The position numbers and the translations under genes are program-made. The notes under the pieces are model-generated. The model was not told the DNA's origin. It was given only the letters and a program-made list of their open reading frames with translations, and made no database searches. A stretch of 64,000 bases of DNA, from the NCBI GenBank assembly GCA_030653935.1, contig JAURYL010000018.1:79268-143267 (forward strand), read 5' to 3'. This document shows, one piece after another, positions 8,776-19,700 of the stretch (positions are counted from its first letter, which is position 1; each line of letters begins with the position of its first letter). Source of the DNA: Pseudomonadota bacterium (GTDB lineage Bacteria > Pseudomonadota > Gammaproteobacteria > Burkholderiales > Thiobacillaceae).

Positions 8776-11565
8776 TCAGCCGGTATTGCGCATGCCCGCC
8801 GCGATGGCGTTGATGGAGCGCAGCAGAGGCTCCAGCCAGGGGCAGTCGCCCTCGCCCTCGGATTCCCGCAGTTTGCGCAGCAGTACGGCCTGGATGTGGT
8901 TGAGCGGGTCCAGGTAGGGGGTGCGATGGGCGAGGGAAATAGCCAGTTCCGGGGTTTCGTTCAGGAGGGAGGGGACGTCCGCGACATGGAGTATCTGGAG
9001 CACCGCGCGCTCGTGGCGCTGCCGGATCAGTTGGAAGATACGGCCGCCCGCTTCCGGGTCCTGGCAGAGTTTGGCGTAATCCGCGGCGACGCTCATGTCC
9101 GCCTTGTACAAGGCCATCTGGGCATTCGACAGCAGGGTGCGGAAGAACGGCCATTCCCGGTACATGGTCTGCAACTTGGCCAGGCGGGCGGGGTCCGTGC
9201 CGCGCCAGCGTTCGATGGCGCCGCCCATGCCGTACCAGGTGGGCAGAGCGTGGCGCGACTGGCCCCAGGCGAAGACCCAGCCGATGGCGCGCACCGAGCT
9301 GAGCGAGCGGTCGCCCTTCTTGCGATGCGAGGGCCGTGAACCGATGTTCAGCAGGCCGATTTCCTGCACTGGCGTGACTTCATAGAAGTAGTCGATGAAA
9401 CCCGGTGTGTGCTCGGTCAGGCCCCGGTAGACCTCTTCTCCCTCGGCGGCGAGCTCGTCCATGATGCCCAGGTAGTCCTTGCGGTCGGGCGGCGTCGGCC
9501 GTACCTGGTGGGTACTGGCCTTGAGCAACGCCGGTGACCCCCCAGCGTCAGTTCGTACACCGAGGTTTCCATGTTGTTGTACTTGTAGAACAACACTTCG
9601 CCCTGTTCGGTGAGCTTGAGCTGGCCGCGCACCGTGCCCGCCGGCTGCGCCAGGATGGCTTCATGGGTGGGGCCGCCGCCGCGACCGAGGGTGCCGCCGC
9701 GGCCGTGGAACAGGCGGCAGGGCACGCCGTGCCGGTCGGACAAGGCCATGATTCGTTTCTGCGCTTCGTACAGGTGCCAGGAGGAGGCGAGGATGCCGCC
9801 ATCCTTGCAGGAGTCGGAATAGCCGAGCATCACTTCCTGGTCGCCATTGAAGGCGTCCAGCAGGTTGCGGTAGATCGGCAGCGCGTAAAGCTGGTCGAGC
9901 ACCGTCTCCGCGTGTTTCAGATCGTCGATGGTCTCGAACAGGGGCGAGACGCCGATATGGCAGTACCAGCGCCCGCCCAGCCGCCCCGCGAGGCCAGTAG
10001 CATGACTTCGAGCACGTGCGAGGCGGTATGGGTCATGGAGATGACATAGCGGCCGAAGCAGTCCGGGCCGAGTTGCCGCCGCATGTAGGCGATGAGCTGG
10101 AAAACCCGCAGGATTTCCTGTCCGTCCTCGGACAGCCGCGCCGGCTCATAGCGCAGGGCATTGGGGTCGGCGAGGGCTTCCGCCAGCAGTTCGATCCGGG
10201 CCGGTTCGTCGAGCGCCAGATAATCGACGGCCAGGGCTTGCGTCAGGATTTCCGCCACGGTCTGGCTGTGGCGGGTGGATTCCTGGCGCACGTCCAGTTG
10301 CATCAGATGGAAGCCGAAGGTCTCCACCAGCAGGATCAGATCGCGCAACTCTCCGTGGGCGAGGCTTTCGTCGCCATGGCCGATCAGGGAGTCGCGGATC
10401 AGGCCCAGGTCCTCCAGGAAGGCGGCGGCGCCGGCATAGCCCGGTTCCTCGAATAGCTGCTCGTTCCCCGCCATGGCGCGCCGGTTCTGTTCCAGATTGC
10501 GGCGTATGCGGAACTGCATGATTTCCAGCTTGCGCCGATAGGGCTCCTGCGGGTGCGGATTGGGCTGGCCGCCGAACAACTGGCTGGCGACCCGGGCGTC
10601 CTGCTCCAGGCTGGCCATCAGGGCCGGCGAGGGTTTGCACAGGCGGTCGGACAGGGAAAGCTGGTCGAACAGCCGTTCCAGCCGGCGCAGATATTCCTCA
10701 TAGGCGGTTTCCGCCTGCATTCGCCAGGCCAGGGCTGTGACTTCCGTGGTGACGCCGGGATGGCCGTCGCGGTCGCCGCCGATCCAGGAGCCGAAGCGGA
10801 GGAAGGCGGGCGTCTTCAGGCGGCTGGCGACCGCTTCCCCGTAGACGTCGACCACGGCGGTATGGAAGTTGCGGTAGATCTGCGCCACCGCCTGGAACAG
10901 GGATTGCGGGAAATAGGAGAGGCCGGAATAGATCTCGTCGCGCACGTCGAGCTTGAAGGACCGCACTTCGTCGGTTTTCCAGAGGACGCGGATCTGGTTG
11001 GCCAGGCGATCCACCACTTCTTCCCGATACATGCCCTTGTTGCCATGCCCTTGTTGCGCGGGTCGTCCAGGTCTTCCACCGAGAGAAAGATGTTGCGCAG
11101 GGCTCCCTTGATGGTGCGCCGGCGGGCCTCGGAGGGATGCGCGGTCAGCACCGGCAGGTAGCAGAGGCGATCCAGCAGGGTCTGCAATTCCTCGGCCTCG
11201 ATGCCCTGCTGCTTCATCTCCAGCAAGGTGTCGTGGAAGGAGCCGAACCACATGTGCTTGCCTCGTTGCACCAGGCGCCGGCGGCGGCGTAACTGGGCGG
11301 TCTCCTCGGCGATGTGCACCAGGCTGAAATAGAGATTGAAGGCCCGGATGATGCTGGACATGGCCTCGGGCGACTGGTCTTCGATCAACTGGTCGAGCGC
11401 GGCGTGCCGAGCCGCGTCGGGCCGCTCGCGCAGCGCGATAAAGCCCTTGCGCAACTGGCCCAGCGCGTCATAAGTGGCGCGCGGCAGTTCGCTCTTCAGC
11501 ACCCGCGATAGCAGCAGGCTGAGCAGGCGTTCCCGTTTGCGTAAGTCTTTGTCGTTCGTAAGCAT
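8776..11565 (-). pseudogene. ppc: phosphoenolpyruvate carboxylase, disrupted by three frameshifts
   Basis: Four overlapping ORFs (10816-11733, 9917-11251, 9417-9902, 8776-9528) together read as a complete PEPC. Motifs include TAHPSEARRRT, VISMTHTASHVLEV, VSPLFETIDDL, FHGRGGTLGRGGGP and C-terminal GMRNTG. Frame changes occur at a 14-bp tandem duplication (11030-11057) and near C-runs at 9984-9987 and 9538-9543. Confidence 0.75.
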
Positions 11566-11584
11566 GGTTATCGCTGGTTGGCGG

Positions 11585-12652
11585 CTAGGCGCCGAGAATC
11601 TCCCGCAGCGCCGCGACCAGCGCCGCGCATTGCGCGTCGTCGCCGATGGTGATGCGCAGGTATTGTTCGATGCGGTCTTGGCGGAAGTGGCGGACGATGA
11701 TGCTTCTGGCGCGCAGCGCCGCCGCGAGTTCACCGGCGTCGTGGCCGGGGTGGCGGGCGAAGATGAAATTGGCGGCGGAGGGGAGCGTGTCGAAACCGAG
11801 CGCGGCCATCTCGGCGATCAGCCGTTCACGGCTGGCGATGACCGCCGCGCGCGTCAGCTCGAAATGTTCGCGATCCTCGATGGCGGCCGTGGCGCCGGCG
11901 ATGGCGAGGCGGTCGAGCGGATAGGAGTTGAAACTGTTCTTGATCCGCTCCAGCGCCTCGATCAGGGCCGCGTCGCCGACCGCGAAGCCGACCCGCAGTC
12001 CGGCCAGGGAGCGCGACTTGGACAGGGTCTGCACCACCAGCAGGTTGGGGTATTTGCCGACCAGGGCGATGGCGGTGTCACCGCCGAAATCGATGTAGGC
12101 CTCATCCACCACCACCACCACGTCCGGTCGCCCGGCCAGCAGCCGCTCGATTTCCACCAGCGGCAGCAGACGGCCGGTGGGTGCGTTGGGGTTGGGGAAG
12201 ATGATGGCGCCGCAGGCTGGCGCCTTCAGGTAGGCGTCGATCTCGATCTCGAAGCTTTCCGTCAGCGGCACCGTTTGCCCGTCGATGCCGTAGAGGCCGC
12301 AGTAGACGGGATAGAAGCTGTAGCTGATGTCCGGGAACAGCAGTGGCGCCTCGTGTTTGAGCAGGCCGAGAAAAGCGTGCGCCAGAACTTCGTCGGAGCC
12401 GTTGCCGACGAATACCTGATCCCGGTCGACCTGGTAATAGTCGGCGATGGCGGTCTTCAGGCGGTCGGAATTCGGGTCCGGATACAGTCGCAGGGAGTCG
12501 CCGACTTCGCCACGCAGCGCCGCCAGCGTGCGTGGCGACGGCGGATAGGGGTTTTCGTTGGTATTGAGTTTGACCAGATTGGACAGCTTGGGCTGTTCCC
12601 CCGGCACATAGGGGGTGAGTCCGGCGACGAGGGCGCTCCAGAATTGGCTCAT
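11585..12652 (-). CDS. hisC: histidinol-phosphate aminotransferase
   Basis: 355 aa. [14 protein letters not shown] and the class II aminotransferase pattern [12 protein letters not shown] are present. Confidence 0.9.
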   Translation of the reverse strand: MSQFWSALVAGLTPYVPGEQPKLSNLVKLNTNENPYPPSPRTLAALRGEVGDSLRLYPDPNSDRLKTAIADYYQVDRDQVFVGNGSDEVLAHAFLGLLKHEAPLLFPDISYSFYPVYCGLYGIDGQTVPLTESFEIEIDAYLKAPACGAIIFPNPNAPTGRLLPLVEIERLLAGRPDVVVVVDEAYIDFGGDTAIALVGKYPNLLVVQTLSKSRSLAGLRVGFAVGDAALIEALERIKNSFNSYPLDRLAIAGATAAIEDREHFELTRAAVIASRERLIAEMAALGFDTLPSAANFIFARHPGHDAGELAAALRARSIIVRHFRQDRIEQYLRITIGDDAQCAALVAALREILGA

Positions 12653-12801
12653 GGCGATGGGGGTATAAAGGGAAAAGTGCGGCGGCGGAAAACTCGCCGG
12701 GGTTGGAACCCGAAAGCGGCCGTGATGTTATCATGCGGCCCGACTCTTCTCGCCCGCCCAGACTGTCTTCCACGCCTAGCGCCAAGCTCTCAAAGTAACC
12801 A

Positions 12802-13389
12802 ATGCGGCAAGCCGAACTCTCTCGCAATACCCTGGAAACCCGGATTCGCGTCCAGATCGACCTCGACGGTTCCGGTCGCGGCGTCTTCAAGACCGGCGTT
12901 CCGTTCCTCGAACACATGCTCGACCAGGTGTCGCGCCATGGCCTGATCGATCTCGATATCGAGGCCGAGGGCGATCTGCATATCGACGCCCACCACACCG
13001 CCGAAGATATCGGCATCACCTTGGGTCAGGCTTTCGCCAAGGCGTTGGGCGAGAAGAAGGGCATCCGCCGCTACGGCCATGCCTACGTGCCGTTGGACGA
13101 GGCGCTGTCGCGAGTGGTGATCGATCTTTCCGGTCGCCCCGGCCTGGAATTCCATGTGGATTTCACCCGCGCGCGCATCGGCGATTTCGACGTCGACCTG
13201 TTCCGCGAGTTTTTCCAGGGCTTCGTCAATCATGCCGGCGCTTCGCTGCATATCGACAACCTGCGCGGCATCAATGCCCATCATCAGGCGGAAACCATAT
13301 TCAAGGCCTTCGGCCGGGCGCTGCGCATGGCGGTGGAGCTGGACCCGCGCATGGGCGACACGCTGCCTTCGACCAAAGGCGCGCTGTAA
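12802..13389 (+). CDS. hisB: imidazoleglycerol-phosphate dehydratase
   Basis: [16 protein letters not shown]...HHTAEDIGI...[15 protein letters not shown] are IGPD signatures. Confidence 0.95.
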   Translation: MRQAELSRNTLETRIRVQIDLDGSGRGVFKTGVPFLEHMLDQVSRHGLIDLDIEAEGDLHIDAHHTAEDIGITLGQAFAKALGEKKGIRRYGHAYVPLDEALSRVVIDLSGRPGLEFHVDFTRARIGDFDVDLFREFFQGFVNHAGASLHIDNLRGINAHHQAETIFKAFGRALRMAVELDPRMGDTLPSTKGAL

Positions 13390-14081
13390 TGCCTGATCCG
13401 ATCAATAGCGAAGTCGCCGACGTCGCGATCATCGATTACGGCATGGGCAACCTGTTGTCCGTGTCCAAGGCTTTCGAGCATGTCGCGCGCGAAGCCAACC
13501 CCGGCGCCAAGATCGTGGTGACCTCCGATCCCGCCGTGATCGCCGCGGCCGCCCGCGTGGTCTTCCCCGGCGTCGGCGCGATGCCCGATTGCATCCGCGA
13601 GCTGGAACAGCGCGGCCTCATCGATGTCGTGAAGGCGGCCGCCGTGAGCAAGCCTTTCCTCGGTATCTGCCTGGGCATGCAGGCCCTGTTCGCGCACAGC
13701 GAGGAGGGCGATTGCGCCGGCCTCGGACTGCTGCCCGGCACCGTGCGTCTGTTTCCGGCGGAAGCCATGAAAGACGAGCACGGGGCAAAACTCAAAGTGC
13801 CGCACATCGGCTGGAACCAGGTTCACCAGGCGGGGACGCACCCGCTGTGGGCCGGCATTGAGGACGGTGCGCGCTTCTATTTCGTCCATAGTTATTACGC
13901 CGAGCCCGCGTCACAAGACGTGGTGTCCGGTTTCACCCATTACCCCTTTGCTTTCACCTGTGCGGTGGCGCGCGGCAATCTGTTCGCCGTGCAGTTTCAC
14001 CCGGAAAAGAGCCAGGCCGCCGGTCTGCGCTTGCTTGCCAACTTTGTCACCTGGAATGGTTTTGGGCCTGTTCATGGATAA
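13389..14081 (+). CDS. hisH: imidazole glycerol phosphate synthase, glutaminase subunit
   Basis: IIDYGMGNLLSV, GICLGMQ (catalytic Cys) and FAVQFHPEKS. The last 5 codons and the stop lie inside the MITE terminal repeat. Confidence 0.95.
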   Translation: MPDPINSEVADVAIIDYGMGNLLSVSKAFEHVAREANPGAKIVVTSDPAVIAAAARVVFPGVGAMPDCIRELEQRGLIDVVKAAAVSKPFLGICLGMQALFAHSEEGDCAGLGLLPGTVRLFPAEAMKDEHGAKLKVPHIGWNQVHQAGTHPLWAGIEDGARFYFVHSYYAEPASQDVVSGFTHYPFAFTCAVARGNLFAVQFHPEKSQAAGLRLLANFVTWNGFGPVHG

Positions 14082-14276
14082 CTTGAACATTCTGGCTGCA
14101 CTGGCGGGCGCGCTGCTGCGTTGCACCCGCAAGGGGCACGCCGGATTCGTACGCGCTGAAGCGCTACGACTTCGCTGCCGGTCGTTTGCAGGGAATGGCC
14201 ATGCTGCACGCCCGGCGCCTTCCATCGCATCCCTCAAGCACACCCATAATTGCCCAAGTTATCCATGAACAGGCCC
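14064..14276. repeat. MITE-like element (213 bp) with perfect 22-bp terminal inverted repeats
   Basis: Left end gggcctgttcatggataacttg (14064-14085) is the exact reverse complement of the right end caagttatccatgaacaggccc (14255-14276). The interior is homologous to 16825-16983 in opposite orientation and partly to 25240-25361. Confidence 0.75.
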
Positions 14277-14290
14277 TTAAGGTAATTGAC

Positions 14291-15037
14291 ATGCTCATCA
14301 TCCCCGCGATTGATCTGAAAGACGGCCAGTGCGTTCGCCTGAAGCAAGGCGAAATGGACAGTGCCACGGTGTTTTCCGCCAACCCGGCGGAAATGGCGCA
14401 AAAGTGGCTGGCCAGCGGCGCCCGCCGTCTGCATCTGGTCGACCTCAACGGCGCTTTTGCCGGCAAGCCGATCAACGAGAAAGCCATCAAGGCCATTACC
14501 GACGAACTCGGCGACGAGATTCCCGTGCAACTGGGTGGCGGCATCCGTGACCTGGATACCATCGAGCGCTATCTCGACGACGGCATCACCTACGTCATCA
14601 TCGGCAGTGCGGCGGTGAAGAATCCCGGCTTTCTGCACGATGCCTGCACCGCCTTTCCCGGCCACATCATCGTCGGCCTGGACGCGAAGGACGGCAAGGT
14701 CGCGGTCGAAGGCTGGTCGAAAGTGACCGGTCACGATGTGGTGGACCTGGCCAAGCGTTTCGAGGACTACGGCGTGGAATCAGTGGTCTACACCGACATC
14801 GGCCGCGACGGCATGCTCTCAGGCGTCAATATCGAAGCCACCGTGCGCCTGGCGCAGGCTTTGAGCATTCCGGTAATCGCCAGCGGCGGCGTCACCAATC
14901 TCGACGACGTGCGCAATCTCTGCGCCGTGGCGCAGGAAGGCATCATGGGCGCCATCACCGGCCGCGCCATTTACGAAGGCACCCTGGATTTCACGGCGGC
15001 GCAAGCGCTGGCGGACTCGCTTTGCGGCGTGAAATGA
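14291..15037 (+). CDS. hisA: 1-(5-phosphoribosyl)-5-[(5-phosphoribosylamino)methylideneamino]imidazole-4-carboxamide isomerase
   Basis: [17 protein letters not shown] starts at ATG 14291. The upstream extension of ORF 14186 is only a translation of the MITE. Confidence 0.95.
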   Translation: MLIIPAIDLKDGQCVRLKQGEMDSATVFSANPAEMAQKWLASGARRLHLVDLNGAFAGKPINEKAIKAITDELGDEIPVQLGGGIRDLDTIERYLDDGITYVIIGSAAVKNPGFLHDACTAFPGHIIVGLDAKDGKVAVEGWSKVTGHDVVDLAKRFEDYGVESVVYTDIGRDGMLSGVNIEATVRLAQALSIPVIASGGVTNLDDVRNLCAVAQEGIMGAITGRAIYEGTLDFTAAQALADSLCGVK

Positions 15038-15110
15038 TCCCACCCCGAAAACCTTCGCTGCGCTCGGTTCTCCTCTCAAGGGGCGATAGGGCCCCTCGAA
15101 TAACTTTTGA

Positions 15111-15197
15111 TTCGTCGTTCCCGCGCATGCGGGAACCCAGTGGAATCAACACTCTGGATTCCCGCATGCGCGGGAATGACGGGTTTTTCGAGGTGCC
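15111..15197. repeat. dRS3/NIME-like inverted REP pair
   Basis: tcgtcgttcccgcgcatgcgggaacccagtggaatcaacactctggattcccgcatgcgcgggaatgacgg, followed by gtttttcgaggtg as in the copy at 5145. Confidence 0.7.
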
Positions 15198-15242
15198 CTA
15201 CAAACGCTTAGGACGGCCCGGCAAGTTTCTTGAGAGCCTGGC

Positions 15243-16013
15243 ATGGGCTTAGCCAAACGCATCATTCCTTGTCTCGACGTGACCGCCGGTCGCGTCGTGA
15301 AGGGGGTCAACTTCGTCAACCTGCGTGATGCCGGCGATCCGGTGGAAATCGCTCGTCGTTATGACGAGCAGGGCGCCGATGAGCTGACCTTCCTCGATAT
15401 CACCGCCACTTCCGACAACCGCGATCTGATCCTCCACATCATCGAGGCTGTCGCCGCGCAGGTATTCATTCCCCTCACCGTCGGCGGCGGCGTGCGTGCG
15501 GTGGAAGATGTGCGGCGCTTGCTGCACGCCGGCGCCGACAAGGTATCGATCAACACCGCCGCCATCTTCAATCCGCAACTGGTCAAGGAGTGTTCCGACC
15601 GTTTCGGCTCGCAGTGCATCGTGGTGGCGATCGATGCCAAGCAGACGGTCTGGGGCGCGTCCCCGAAATGGGAAATCTTCACCCATGGCGGCCGCAAGCC
15701 CACCGGGCTGGACGCGGTGGAGTGGGCGAAAATCATGCAAAGCCTGGGTGCCGGCGAAATCCTGCTTACCAGCATGGATCGTGATGGCGCGAAGATCGGT
15801 TTCGACCTGAACCTGACACGGGCGATTTCCGACGCGGTCAATATTCCCGTCATCGCCAGCGGCGGCGTCGGCAATCTGCAACACCTGGTCGACGGCGTGA
15901 AACACGGCGGCGCCGATGCCGTGCTTGCCGCCAGCATCTTTCACTTCAGTGAATACACGGTGGAACAAGCGAAACAACATATGCGGGAACAGGGTGTCGA
16001 GGTGCGTTTGTGA
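15243..16013 (+). CDS. hisF: imidazole glycerol phosphate synthase, cyclase subunit
   Basis: [26 protein letters not shown] and IASGG motifs. Confidence 0.95.
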   Translation: MGLAKRIIPCLDVTAGRVVKGVNFVNLRDAGDPVEIARRYDEQGADELTFLDITATSDNRDLILHIIEAVAAQVFIPLTVGGGVRAVEDVRRLLHAGADKVSINTAAIFNPQLVKECSDRFGSQCIVVAIDAKQTVWGASPKWEIFTHGGRKPTGLDAVEWAKIMQSLGAGEILLTSMDRDGAKIGFDLNLTRAISDAVNIPVIASGGVGNLQHLVDGVKHGGADAVLAASIFHFSEYTVEQAKQHMREQGVEVRL

Positions 16014-16402
16014 GCGGCGAAGCGTGGTTGAACAAGGTCAGTTGGTCCGAGGATGGCCTGGTGCCGGCCATCGCTCAGGACGCCACCAGCGGCGACATCC
16101 TGATGGTGGCCTGGATGAATCGGGAAGCGCTCAAGCAAACTGTGGAACTGGGCGAGGCGGTTTATTGGTCACGTTCGCGCAAAAAGCTTTGGCACAAGGG
16201 CGAGGAGTCGGGACACACCCAGAAGGTCAGTGAAATCCGCCTGGATTGCGATGAAGACGTGGTGCTGCTGAAGATCGAGCAGTCCGGCGGCATCGCCTGC
16301 CACACCGGTCGTCGCAGTTGCTTCTTCCAGAAACTTGAGGACGGCAAGTGGCAAGCGGTGGAGCCGGTGCTGAAAGACCCGCACGAGATCTACAAGAAAT
16401 GA
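16010..16402 (+). CDS. hisI: phosphoribosyl-AMP cyclohydrolase
   Basis: GLVPAIAQD...MVAWMN.EAL...YWSRSR..LW.KGE.SG and CHTG are present. The start overlaps the hisF stop. Confidence 0.9.
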   Translation: MSGEAWLNKVSWSEDGLVPAIAQDATSGDILMVAWMNREALKQTVELGEAVYWSRSRKKLWHKGEESGHTQKVSEIRLDCDEDVVLLKIEQSGGIACHTGRRSCFFQKLEDGKWQAVEPVLKDPHEIYKK

Positions 16403-16409
16403 GCAACTA

Positions 16410-16499
16410 CCGTCATTCCCGCGCAGGCGGGAATCCAGTTAGTTCGAAAAACTATTATCTGGCCCACAACCTGGATTCCCGCCTGCGCGGGAATGACCG
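16410..16499. repeat. dRS3/NIME-like inverted REP pair
   Basis: ccgtcattcccgcgcaggcgggaatccag ... ctggattcccgcctgcgcgggaatgacc. Confidence 0.7.
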
Positions 16500-16834
16500 C
16501 GATGTCTGATGTCCTCTCCCGCCTCGCGGAAACCCTGGAAGCCCGCAAGGCGGCTGATCCGCAATCGTCCTATGTGGCCAAACTCTACGCCAAGGGCCTC
16601 GACGCCATCCTGAAGAAGGTCGCGGAAGAGGCGGCGGAGACCATCATGGCGGCAAAGGACGGGGTTAGAGAAAAAGTCATCTACGAAACCGCCGACCTGT
16701 GGTTTCATTCGCTGGTTTTGTTGGCGCAACAGGGCATCCACCCCGATGAAATTTTGAACGAACTGGCGCGGCGCGAAGGTTTGTCCGGGCTGGTGGAAAA
16801 AGCTGGGCGTGATCAATCTGGCAAGGGGCCGTAA
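16493..16834 (+). CDS. hisE: phosphoribosyl-ATP pyrophosphatase
   Basis: [32 protein letters not shown]...A...E.ADLWFH. An alternative ATG lies at 16502. The stop codon lies inside the MITE terminal repeat. Confidence 0.9.
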   Translation: MTAMSDVLSRLAETLEARKAADPQSSYVAKLYAKGLDAILKKVAEEAAETIMAAKDGVREKVIYETADLWFHSLVLLAQQGIHPDEILNELARREGLSGLVEKAGRDQSGKGP

Positions 16835-16983
16835 ATGAATAACTTGGGCGATTATGGGTGTGTTGGCGGGTTGTGCTGCAAGGCGCCGGGCGCGCGGCAT
16901 GGCCGTTCCCTGCAAGCGACCGGCAACGCCGCAACGCGCCCGCCAACGCGGCCAGAACGTTCTAGTTATTCGTTTACGGCCCC
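16825..16983. repeat. MITE-like element (159 bp), deletion derivative of the 14064 element in inverted orientation
   Basis: The ends ggggccgtaaatgaataact and agttattcgtttacggcccc are complementary at 19/20 positions. The interior cttgggcgattatgggtgtg...catggccgttccctgcaagcgaccggca matches the reverse complement of 14150-14255. Confidence 0.75.
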
Positions 16984-16995
16984 TAGGGACAACGC

Positions 16996-17334
16996 ATGAG
17001 TGAGAACTGTCTGTTTTGCAAGATCGTGGCGGGCGAGATTCCCTGCAAGAAGATTTACGAGGATGACGATGTCCTCGCGTTTCACGATATTCATCCGGTG
17101 GCGCCGGTGCATTTCATGATCATCCCCAAGGAGCATATCGCTTCGCTTGCGGATGCCCATGCGCGGCACCAAGCGCTGTTGGGACATATTCTGTTGCTGG
17201 CGCCGGTTCTGGCGAAGGAACAGGGGCTGACGGATGGGTTTCGCACCATCATCAATACCGGCCGGGGTGGCGGCCAGGAAGTGTTCCACTTGCATGTTCA
17301 TGTCATCGGCGGAAACGGACCTCGCCCGATGTAG
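16996..17334 (+). CDS. HIT family (histidine triad) nucleotide-binding protein
   Basis: CLFCKIVAGEIP...GQEVFHLHVHVIGG is the HxHxHxx histidine triad. Confidence 0.85.
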   Translation: MSENCLFCKIVAGEIPCKKIYEDDDVLAFHDIHPVAPVHFMIIPKEHIASLADAHARHQALLGHILLLAPVLAKEQGLTDGFRTIINTGRGGGQEVFHLHVHVIGGNGPRPM

Positions 17335-17395
17335 TCCAATACGTGGCGGTGGCGCTGCCGGCACCACCTTATTCAGTCAGCACAGGAGATAGAAA

Positions 17396-17620
17396 ATGGG
17401 TTCATTCAGCATTTGGCATTGGTTGGTCGTTCTGGTCATCGTTCTGCTGGTTTTCGGCACCAAGAAGCTGCGCAACATCGGCGGCGACCTCGGTGGCGCG
17501 GTCAAGGGCTTCAAGGAATCAATGGCCGAGGAGAAAAGCAAGTCGGCGGAACTGCCGCGTGATGGCGAGACCCACGGCACCACCATCGAAGGCGAAGTGA
17601 AGGACAAACAGCAGAGCTGA
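17396..17620 (+). CDS. tatA: twin-arginine translocase subunit TatA
   Basis: [39 protein letters not shown]. Confidence 0.9.
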   Translation: MGSFSIWHWLVVLVIVLLVFGTKKLRNIGGDLGGAVKGFKESMAEEKSKSAELPRDGETHGTTIEGEVKDKQQS

Positions 17621-17683
17621 TAGTCGGCGGTTTGCGGTAGGCAGACTGCTGCCTACTGATGGCTGCCAACTGAGGACTCACTT

Positions 17684-18226
17684 ATGTTCGATCTCGCCTT
17701 TTCCGAACTCCTGATTATCGGCATCGTCGCCTTGGTGGTGATCGGGCCCGAACGCCTGCCCAAGGTGGCGCGTACCGCCGGCCAGTGGGTGGGGAAGCTC
17801 AACCGTTATGTCTCCCAAGTGAAGCAGGACATCGACCGCGACATGAAGCTGGATGAACTGCGCAAGATGCAGCAAGACATGAAGGACACCGCGCAGCGCT
17901 ACGAAATCATGGCCAAGGATGGCGCGCGAGTGGCCGAAGAAACGGTGGAAGAGGGGGCCAACCAGATCAGCAAGGTCATGCAGGCCATGAGCGCCACCGA
18001 TGGCGGCCTGACCATGAAGGAATGGGACAAGGTCAAGGAAGAAGACGCCGCCAAGCTTGCGGCGGCATTGCCCGAGGAACCCGCGGCGCTTGCCGATGCC
18101 CCCGCGCCCATTGAAGCCGCGCCGGTATCGACCGTGAGTGAAGCGCCCGCCATTCCCCCTGTTCCCCCCACGTCAACGGATGGCAAAGCCGACGACCGGC
18201 CTGGCAACGACGTCAAGTCGGTTTGA
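17684..18226 (+). CDS. tatB: twin-arginine translocase subunit TatB
   Basis: [33 protein letters not shown], followed by a long acidic/Ala-Pro tail. Confidence 0.85.
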   Translation: MFDLAFSELLIIGIVALVVIGPERLPKVARTAGQWVGKLNRYVSQVKQDIDRDMKLDELRKMQQDMKDTAQRYEIMAKDGARVAEETVEEGANQISKVMQAMSATDGGLTMKEWDKVKEEDAAKLAAALPEEPAALADAPAPIEAAPVSTVSEAPAIPPVPPTSTDGKADDRPGNDVKSV

Positions 18227-19056
18227 GAAAACGTATGGACGGCACGGAAACCTTCATCTCCCACCTCATCGAATTGCGTGATCGCCTGCTGCGCGCGGTG
18301 ATCGCGTGGATCATCCTGTTTGTCTGCCTGTTTCCCTTCGCCAACGATCTCTACACGCTCCTGGCGGAGCCGATGCTGGCCAAGTTGCCCGAGGGTGGGC
18401 AAATGATCGCGACGGAAGTGGTGACGCCCTTCTTCGTGCCGATCAAGGTGGCGATGATGACCGCCTTCATCATCACCCTGCCTTACATCCTTTACCAGGT
18501 CTGGGCATTCATTGCCCCCGGCCTCTATTCGCACGAGAAAAAGTTCATCGTGCCCATGGTGGCGGCCAGTTTCCTGCTGTTTGCCTGCGGCATGGCGTTC
18601 GCCTACTTCCTGGTGTTCCCCGTGGTGTTTGGTTTCATCATCGGCATCGCCCCGGTCGGAGTCGCGGTGATGACCGACATCAACAAGTACCTGGATTTCG
18701 TCATCACCATGTTCCTGGCCTTCGGCATCACCTTCGAGGTGCCCATCGTCGTGGTCGCGCTGGCCTACACCGGCATGGTGGAGATCAAGCAGTTCAAGGA
18801 AGCGCGTCCCTATGTGGTGGTCGGCGCTTTCGTGATCGGCGCCATTTTCACGCCGCCGGATGTGGTCTCGCAGTTCATGCTCGCGGTGCCCTTGTGGCTG
18901 CTCTACGAGCTTGGCGTGATCATCGCGGGCTGGATGATGCGCAACAAGAAGAAGGAGCCGGATGCCCCGGAGGACGATCCTTACCGGCCGATGTCCATCG
19001 ATGACATGGACAAGGAATTTGATCGTATCGAGGACGAGCAGAAAAAAGTGACCTGA
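18223..19056 (+). CDS. tatC: twin-arginine translocase subunit TatC
   Basis: [13 protein letters not shown]..., six TM segments, and position after tatAB. An alternative ATG lies at 18235. Confidence 0.9.
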   Translation: MRKRMDGTETFISHLIELRDRLLRAVIAWIILFVCLFPFANDLYTLLAEPMLAKLPEGGQMIATEVVTPFFVPIKVAMMTAFIITLPYILYQVWAFIAPGLYSHEKKFIVPMVAASFLLFACGMAFAYFLVFPVVFGFIIGIAPVGVAVMTDINKYLDFVITMFLAFGITFEVPIVVVALAYTGMVEIKQFKEARPYVVVGAFVIGAIFTPPDVVSQFMLAVPLWLLYELGVIIAGWMMRNKKKEPDAPEDDPYRPMSIDDMDKEFDRIEDEQKKVT

Positions 19057-19077
19057 TGTGCCGTAATGGTGCGTAAG

Positions 19078-19116
19078 GAATGAATAACGCCCCTTGATGG
19101 GGCGTTATTCATTTCC
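19078..19116 (+). terminator. hairpin terminator downstream of tatC
   Basis: gaatgaataacgcccc-ttgat-ggggcgttattcatt forms a 16-bp stem followed by TT. Confidence 0.55.
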
Positions 19117-19184
19117 GCTGCGTTGTCATGCACCGGCATCGCTCCTTGCCGGAAATCGTTCCGATACCCGAATCCGGTAAGTCC

Positions 19185-19700
19185 ATGTTCAGACTTCCTG
19201 ATCCCTCGCTCATTGCCAATGCGCGAGGGATCAGGAAGTCTGAAGTTCGTCAACGCAGCAGCGCGCCCGTCAGTGCGGCCAGAATGTTCAAGTTCAGATT
19301 TCCTGATCCCGGCCGGGTTATGGCCGTGCTTTCCGGAAACATGAATGGCACGAAGCACGCGCGTTTCCAGGTAGCCCGGATGCAGCCCGCTCACCGAAGG
19401 TTGAACTGGGTGCTGCCGTGGCCGGGCGGAATCCGGGATGGCGACGCCGCACGCCTGTACCGTGCCACGCTCCCCGGATTCCGCTGGCCCCCTCGCAGGC
19501 ACGGCCATCAGCATCGCGCGGGCTGCATCCGGGCTACGGTACGGTGCCATTGCCAATGCGCGAGGGATCAGGAAGTCTGAAGTTATTTTTGCTCGACGCC
19601 TAAGCCAGTCACATGGAAACGCGAGGATAGGCGCGTGTGTCCAAGCAGGACGCAGGGTGCGGTTCGCTGCGCTCACCGCATCCTACGGCTCCTACGGCGC
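19185..19700. repeat. dense nest of REP elements (at least three families) in the convergent tatC/glgP spacer
   Basis: The palindrome cagacttcctgatccctcgc...gcgagggatcaggaagtctg spans 19190-19242. A split copy has arms at 19293-19310 and 19561-19583 enclosing gtagcccggatgcagcccgc...gcgggctgcatccgggctac (19371-19537). A half copy of the GGTGAGCGCAGCGAACCGCACC family lies at 19650-19695. Confidence 0.7.

Noticed and set aside
14186-14290. N-terminal extension of hisA ([27 protein letters not shown]...) and the look-alike minus-strand ORF 16439-16915
   Set aside because: Both are translations of the two copies of the MITE-like element. HisA homology begins at [12 protein letters not shown] (14291).
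19185-19700. CRISPR-like appearance of repeated 20-30-nt units (also 41540-41725)
   Set aside because: The repeats are palindromic, belong to different families, alternate in orientation and have irregular spacing. No cas genes are present. They are REP/MITE elements, not a CRISPR array.
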